This document shows positions 35,343 through 41,458 of a DNA stretch of 41,458 nucleotides, piece after piece (within the stretch, counting starts at the first letter, position 1; each line of letters opens with the position of its first letter). The notes below the pieces were generated by a model that saw nothing but the letters and a program-made list of their open reading frames with translations, did not search any database and was not told the origin of the DNA. Made by a program: the position numbers and the translations under genes. The stretch is from Chiloscyllium plagiosum (taxonomy: Eukaryota), in the NCBI RefSeq assembly GCF_004010195.1, contig NC_057758.1, forward strand, positions 9,191,815 through 9,233,272, read 5' to 3'.

Positions 35343-36352
35343 TGTTATGAAGGTTTGGGTGTACCTTTAAGAGAATAAAAAGCAGCCGATCGACTGGACA
35401 GCATTAATATCTATAACACAACAATGTACATAACACTGGGTTGAACAACTCGAGTAGTTCGTTGCCTGGAGACAAAAACAAATTCGAATCAGGCCAATCA
35501 GTTTTAATTATTCCCCGATAAAAAATACCAATTTCCAATCAAATTTGAATTGAGTATTTTGACAATCTTAAAAGCCAATAACACAATCCGATGCTCTGGA
35601 GGATAAGACCAGGTGAAAAGTTAACAGTTGAGAGGAGAACTGCTCCGACCCAGCATGTGAACAGACTACTTGAAATTAGTTCTCTCTTAAAAGTCCCTTT
35701 TCAATCAGTAACCCACAACACAGAAATTCCTATCAAGGAGAAAAGAAGACATAGGAAGATCAGAAGATAAGAACCTCCAGCTGCCTGGTTTTGAGATAAT
35801 AAGTGTTCTTTTGTAAATTGTATTTGGGAGTTTTATTGGACTAGTTTTAGAGAAGGGAACTAAAGATTGGTTAGAGAAAGAAATTGCAAATACTGGTTAG
35901 TCAGTTATTCTCTGTTATTACAGCATTGAGCTGTAATAAAATTGTTTATTTTTTACTTTAAATATTTTTTGGCCACACGATTTTTACAGATTACTGCATG
36001 GGATAAATCGTTCCTATATTGCTGATTTAAGTTAAAGTAGATACATTGTGGAAACAGGCCCTACGGCCCAACAAGTCCACACCGACCAGCAACACACCCA
36101 GACCCCATTCTCCTACACCTAACACGACAGGCAATTGAGTTCGGCCAATTTACCCAACCTGCACAGTTTTGGACTGTGGGAGGAAACTGGAGCACACCCA
36201 CAAAGACACAAGGAGAATGTGCAAACGCCACACAGAGAGTCACCTGAGGTGGGAATTGAACGCGGGTCTCTGGCGCTGTGAGATAGCAATGCTTACCACT
36301 GTGCCACCGTGTAGGACGGTCCTTCCCCCCCCCCCCCCCCCGTGTCGTAACG
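35343..36352 (+). mobile_element. Solo LTR in the gene-2 intron (interrupted by a SINE)
   Basis: Termini TGTTATGA...TCGTAACG (imperfect inverted repeat), 4-bp TSD CACT (35339-35342 / 36353-36356) and an internal AATAAA at ~35935. The start GGTGTACCTTTAAGAG resembles the start of the Gmr1-like LTR. Confidence 0.7.
36038..36311 (-). mobile_element. V-SINE (HE1-like)
   Basis: Minus strand CACGGTGGCACAGTGGTAAGCATTGC..GTTCAATTCCC..TTTGCACATTCTCCTTGTGTC..CTCCCACAGTCCAAAA. Confidence 0.9.
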
Positions 36353-37036
36353 CACTGTAGTCCGAGAAAACACTGTGATCACAATTTGAAAATTCACCAA
36401 GAGTAAGTGACATTAACACAACAGTGCTACAGCTCAATTGTTCAGTAGTATAAATATCCACACACATGATGTTTCTTCACCAAAATAGGTATTTGCTTGA
36501 CCATAACGTACTGTTGTTGACAACTTACCACCAGCAGCATTGTCAATAACAAATAAAATTCGATTCCCACCATGGTGATTATGTACAACTGCAGTACTGA
36601 AACAGGACGAATGGCAAAAAAACAGTTGAACGTATATTGCAGCACGCCAACAGTAAATGGCAGAATAGATATTATAACATATTTTTATATGACACAGAAG
36701 CAGATTTCTTTTACGTTAGAAATACCAAATTATTTTATTTGATGTGACAAACGAAACTAATTAGGGGAGAATGATGTTAGGTGTGAGATATTATAACATT
36801 TGTGTGATGTAGATGGTGCAATAATGTAACAAAAATGGAACAGGAGACTGTCAAAACAGAGCATCATATAAATTCAAGTTCAGACATAGCAACGATGATT
36901 GGAAAAGAAAGCATCAGGCATGATAAAGGAAATATCCATCATGGAGAAGCGTTACGTTTGAATTGAAAAGAAAAAAATAAATCTGATTGAACTAAGTACT
37001 GAATCAAATAACTGCTAACGCTCTACAGTGCCTCAC

Positions 37037-37106
37037 CTGGAACCCCGATGGCAGCAATGACTGGATAATAGATGGCAAAAACGAGACCTGTCAATAGTGC
37101 ATGCAT
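37037..37106 (-). CDS. GPR139/GPR142-like GPCR gene 2, coding exon 1
   Basis: MHALLTGLVFAIYYPVIAAIGVP+G then donor CAG|GTGAGG at 37036. The phase-1 join to 33836 gives IGVP-A-NVAVVIV. Spliced CDS 981 nt, 326 aa. Confidence 0.92.
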
Positions 37107-37689
37107 TTTGAACAGAAATTCTGAGTGGATCCTGCAATTTATTGAAAATCATACTTTTCGTGTCACATGTAGCACCCCAGGGAGGTAATTAGCGTTTTGA
37201 TATCGTGATGCAATCAAAGGAAATCCAAAGAATAAAGGAATTAGTGCAGTTGTTGCTCCAACAGCGTTAATACTTTTCACGAGATGCTTTTCTTTCATGC
37301 GATCAACAAATTTCTGAAGTAAAATGTACAGAAATCAAAAATAAAAGTCTCGGTTATATTTCTAAAGTTTAAGAAGAAGTGAATTGACCTGATGATTCGA
37401 CTAAAACAGAGCGTTGAACGACTGACTGTTTTGAGAAGGAAGAGGTCCAATATTTTGACAGACAGACATGCTCAAAATCTAGACCAAAAAAACGTGAACT
37501 GGGAGAACTGGCTACTCCCGTGCCTTTTTTAAAAAAAAAACTTGTTTCTTCCTGGAGGACCTGGCTCTTATGCCTTAATGAACTCTCTTTAAAACAAAAA
37601 TCAAGGAAAACAGTGCTTTGTTAAAGTGACAGCATCATCACACATTCTTGGCGGTCAGTTTTGCTTTTTCTGCAAGGGACAGTTTCAAT

Positions 37690-38325
37690 TCGGTTGGCAG
37701 GGGGAGCGGTGGGATCCTCAGCAGCAGAGAGGCAAGTGCGAAGCTTGAAGGAGAAATAGTAGTCAGAGATAGTAAGTTGAATGTACATGTCAGGCTGGAA
37801 CTCGATGGGGAGCAAGGAATGTTGGTCTTTGTTACATCCAATTCAATGCAAGAGGGCTGACAGGCACGACCGATGAACTCATGGCGTGGATAGGTACGTG
37901 CGACGGAGTTAGCCTAGCCATTACACAAACACGGGTAAGGGAGCGAACACGACTCGAAGCTTAATGTGCGAAGGTACAGTTGCTTCAGACAGGATAGCAG
38001 TGGTGGTAGTGGGGGAGAGGGAGTTTCATTTATGATTAAGGTGTGTATCACAACAGCAATCAGAGATGAAACAACTGAAGGATCACCTAGTGAGGTTTTG
38101 TGGACGGAGCTAAGAATTAAGAATTGTTTGCTAACGTTATTGGGATTGTACTGTCAGGCCCGAAATAGCCAACGGGCATTAGGGGAACAAATATGCAGAG
38201 AGATTCGGGAACTTGCCTGAGCAATAGAGTAGTCACAGTGGGGGATTTGAATTTTCTGAACATGGAATGAGACTAGCAGAGTGTTAAGGGCTCAAACAGA
38301 ACGGTTGTTAGGTGCATTCAGGATT
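37690..38325 (+). mobile_element. CR1 ORF2 endonuclease fragment
   Basis: FNARGLTG..DELMAWIG, LWTELR..LTLLGLYC, VGDLNF remnants. Confidence 0.8.
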
Positions 38326-38342
38326 ACCAGAGCAGTCTAAGG

Positions 38343-38898
38343 CAGGGGTCGGGAACCTATGGCCTTAAGGCCACATGCAGCCTTCTAGGCCATTGGGTAT
38401 GGCCTTTTGAATGAATCCAAATTTTGCAGAATAAATCTTTTATTTTTTATTAATATGCTTTTTTTAGTCCTTTATTATTTTTATTTTAATCTTAACATTA
38501 ATGTATTTAAAATACCACAGAGTAAAAGAAAATTCAACGAAATGATCCTCACAGACTGACCGCCGCAATTTTAAAAATTGATAATTCATAAGGATTATTT
38601 CGACACCTGCTATGCTCATGATTTAGTTATAATGTGACTCTAGAATGTACGTTATCTTCCCCGCCTGACTGTCGCCATTACCGCCCGAGGCTAGTTGGTG
38701 AGAGCCTGTGGGTATCCAGTACGCCAGTGTCTATCAACCTATGACAACAGTGCACGTGATTTTCCATTTGAAATGAAATTTGAGAATAGTTACACAGTCT
38801 AACCGTATCGACATTTATATAATTGAAGTTTCTTCGATGCGGCCTTACTAGATTACAACTAACATAATGTGGCCTTCCAACATGAAAACTTTCCCCAG
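38343..38898. mobile_element. Non-autonomous hAT (Charlie-like) DNA transposon / MITE, right TIR damaged
   Basis: Begins CAGGGGTCGGGAACCT after GTCTAAGG. Subterminal (T)GCGGCC/TGGCC motifs at both ends and an AT-rich interior. Ends AAAACTTTCCCCAG. Confidence 0.7.
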
Positions 38899-39540
38899 GA
38901 GTTAGATGGGGTGAAATTTTTTAAGTGCATTCAGGAAAACTTCCTCAAGAAGTATATTGAGGGTCAAACTCGGGAATGGCCAAACCTCGAATTACTATTG
39001 GGGAATAGTGCAGGACAGGCGATGGAAGTGACAGCCGTGGAGCACTTTGGGAGCAGTCACCATTGTTCTATTAATTTTGAAATAGATATGGAGTGGGACA
39101 AGCCTGTTTCACAGGTTCAATTTCTAAACTTGGGCAAGTCAAGATTTCAGGGGTTGATCGGAGTAGTTTATTTGCAGACAAAGGAACCTCTTGCAAGTGG
39201 GAAGCCTTTGAAAGTGAATAGCTAGTACTAAACATCTATGTGTTGCTGAGAGGGCGAAGGGCAAGGTTTGTAGGAATAGGGAACCCTGGATGACAAGAGA
39301 TATTTAGGCTTTGACCAGAAATAAAGAAGGAGCCACAGCTCTGGTAACGACAGCAGAGATAAAGGAAATCCCCAGAGGTGTTTACACAATAATGGAGTTT
39401 ACTGAAGAATGAAATTAGGGGAACGAAATGGGGGCGTGTGATAGCATTCGCTGAGAAGATGAGGGTGAATGTAAAGAGGTACTTGAAATATATTAAAGAA
39501 AACAAAAACTTGAGACAGAAACCTTCCGAGATGTAGAAGA
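38899..39540 (+). mobile_element. CR1 ORF2 fragment (late endonuclease/linker)
   Basis: FFKCIQENFLKKYIEGQTR..LELLLGN..HFGSSHHCSI. Confidence 0.8.
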
Positions 39541-39559
39541 AAGGATAGCAATGATGATA

Positions 39560-41325
39560 TTTGATCAGAGTAAGAGTAACAGGGTACTTGTTATGGGGGA
39601 CTTTACATTTCCAAATAAGACTGGGAATACTATCGTTCGAAGACTTTATTTGGGTCAGTTTTTGTCTAATGTGTGCAGGAAGGTTTCCTGACAAAGTCTG
39701 TAAACAGGCCAAAAGGGGCAAGGCCACATTGGATTTGGTGCTGGGTCATGAACCCGGCTGGTTGTTAGATTTGGAGGTAGGTGAGCACTTTGACTGTAAA
39801 AACAATTCGGTTATGTTTACTTTAGTGATGGAAAGGGACAGCTATATACCACATGCCAAGAACTATAGCTGGGGTGAAGGCAATTATAATGCAGTTAGGA
39901 AAGAGTTAGGATGCACAGCATGGCAAGGAAACTGCAGGGGTTGGGCGCAATTGAACTTTGGAGCTTAGTCAAGGAACAACTACAGCGTGCCTTTGGTAAG
40001 AATGTACCTGTCAAGCAGGGAGGAAGTAGTCGAACGAGGGAGCCATGGTTTACTAAAGAAGTTGAAGCTCTTCTCAAGAGGAAGAAGAAAGCTTATGCTA
40101 GGATGAGATGCGCAGACTCAGGGAACTTGAGACTGACACGTTAGCCAGGAAATACCAAAAGAGAGAGTTAAGAACAGCCGGGAGGGAACATAAGACGTCA
40201 TTGGCAGAGAGGATCATGGAAAACCCTCAGGTATTCTTTCGTTATATCAGGAATAAAAGAATGACGAGAGTGAGATAAGGATCAAAACAGGATAGTAGTG
40301 GGAAGTTGCTCGTGGAGTCCAGTCCGAGGATATAGGGAAGTGCTAAGTCAACATTTTTCGTCAGTAACGAGTATTGAGGAGAAAGACAATCTTGTTGACC
40401 AGACCGCTGGTATACAGGCCACTGAAAGTGGTGGGATTAAGGTTCACAAGGAGGAGGTGTTAGCTATTCTGGAAAGTGTCAAAATAAATATGTACCCTCG
40501 GCGAGATGGGCATGTATTCTACAATTCTTTGGGAAGCCAGGGAGAAGACTGCGGAGCCTTTGCCTTGAATCTTAATGTCGTAATTGTCCACTGGAAAAGT
40601 GCCATAAGATTGGAGGATAACAAACGTTGTCCCCTTGTTCAAGGAGAGTAGAGACAACCCTGCTAATTATAGACCAGTGAGCCTTACTTGGGTTTTGGGT
40701 AAAGTGTTGGAAAAGGTTCCCAGAGACAGGATTTATAATTAACTAAAAATGAATACGTCGATTAAGAATAGACAACACAGTTTTTTGAAGGCTATGTCGT
40801 GACTCACCAACCTTACTGAATTCTTTGAGAAGGTGACTAAACAGGTGGATGAGGGTAAAGCGGTTCATGTGGTGTATATAGATTTCAGTAAGGTATTTGA
40901 TAAGCTTTCCCAGGTAGGCGATTGCACAAAATATGGAGTGATGGAATTGAGGCTGATTAAGCTGTTTAGGTAAGAGGTTGGCTCGCTGAAAGAAGACAGA
41001 GACTAGTGGCTGATGGGAAATGTTCATCCTGCAGTTCTGTCAGTTCTGTTAGTAGTGGTGTATCTGTTTTGGGCCCACTGTGATTGACCGTTTTATAATT
41101 GACCTGGATGAGGACTTAGAAGGAGGGGTAAATAAAATTGTAGATGACACTCTGGTTGGTGGAGTTGTAGACAGTGTCGAAGGATATTGCAGGTTACAGA
41201 GGGACATAGATAAGCCACAGAGCTGTGCTAAGAGGTGGCAAATGGATTTTAAGGTGGAAAAGTGTGAGGTGATTCACTTTGGAAGGAGCAACAGGAATAC
41301 AAAGTACTGTGCAAATGGTAAGATT
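39560..41325 (+). mobile_element. Decayed CR1 ORF2 (endonuclease to RT)
   Basis: VMGDF, ATLDLVLGHEPG, NYRPVSL, DFSKVFDK, IVDDTLVGG, KCEVIHFGRSN. Confidence 0.9.
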
Positions 41326-41458
41326 GTTGTGGTTCTGTTCGCCGAGCTGGAAATTTTTGTTGCAAACGTTTCATCCCCTGTCTAGGTGACATCCTCAGTA
41401 CTTGGGAGCCTCCTGTGAAGCGCTTCTGTGGTGTTTCCTCCGGCATTTATAGTGGCCT
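41326..41458 (-). mobile_element. Penelope-like element terminus (pLTR), third family; continues beyond the window
   Basis: Interrupts the CR1 abruptly. The minus strand has a TATA-like CTATAAAT followed ~45 nt later by a hammerhead motif. Confidence 0.7.
41362..41401 (-). ncRNA. Minimal type-I hammerhead ribozyme motif
   Basis: GUA-CUGAGGA-U-GUCACCU-AGAC-AGGGGAU-GAAA-CG-UU^UGC. Core intact, 6/7-bp stem II, ACGU palindromic stem III, 3-bp stem I. Confidence 0.65.

Noticed and set aside
36442..36645. Hydrophobic minus-strand ORF with an internal GTAAGT donor
   Set aside because: The donor is phase 0 in that frame, incompatible with the exon-2 acceptor, and there is no family similarity.

Overview
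Repeat-dense vertebrate genomic DNA, most likely from a cartilaginous fish (shark), judged from HE1-type V-SINEs, HER1/CR1 LINEs and the gene families present. Two convergent two-exon rhodopsin-class GPCR genes of the GPR139/GPR142-like type flank the window. One is on + (exons 3241-3307 and 5299-6195, single frameshift at ~5865). The other is intact on - (exons 37106-37037 and 33836-32926, 326 aa). Both have a phase-1 intron at the same GVP|AN position in TM1, which the ORF track misses. Between them lie two decayed C2H2 zinc-finger pseudogenes, many CR1-type LINE fragments and SINEs. There is also a complete but ancient Gmr1-like Gypsy LTR element with the unusual integrase-RT-RNaseH order (25461-32088, TATA target duplication). 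A solo LTR sits in the gene-2 intron and a hAT MITE lies near the right end. Several short Penelope-like fragments carry minimal type-I hammerhead ribozyme motifs, including an inverted double-hammerhead cassette with a 14-bp target-site duplication (23373-23606). All calls come from reading the sequence by eye, and repeat boundaries are approximate.
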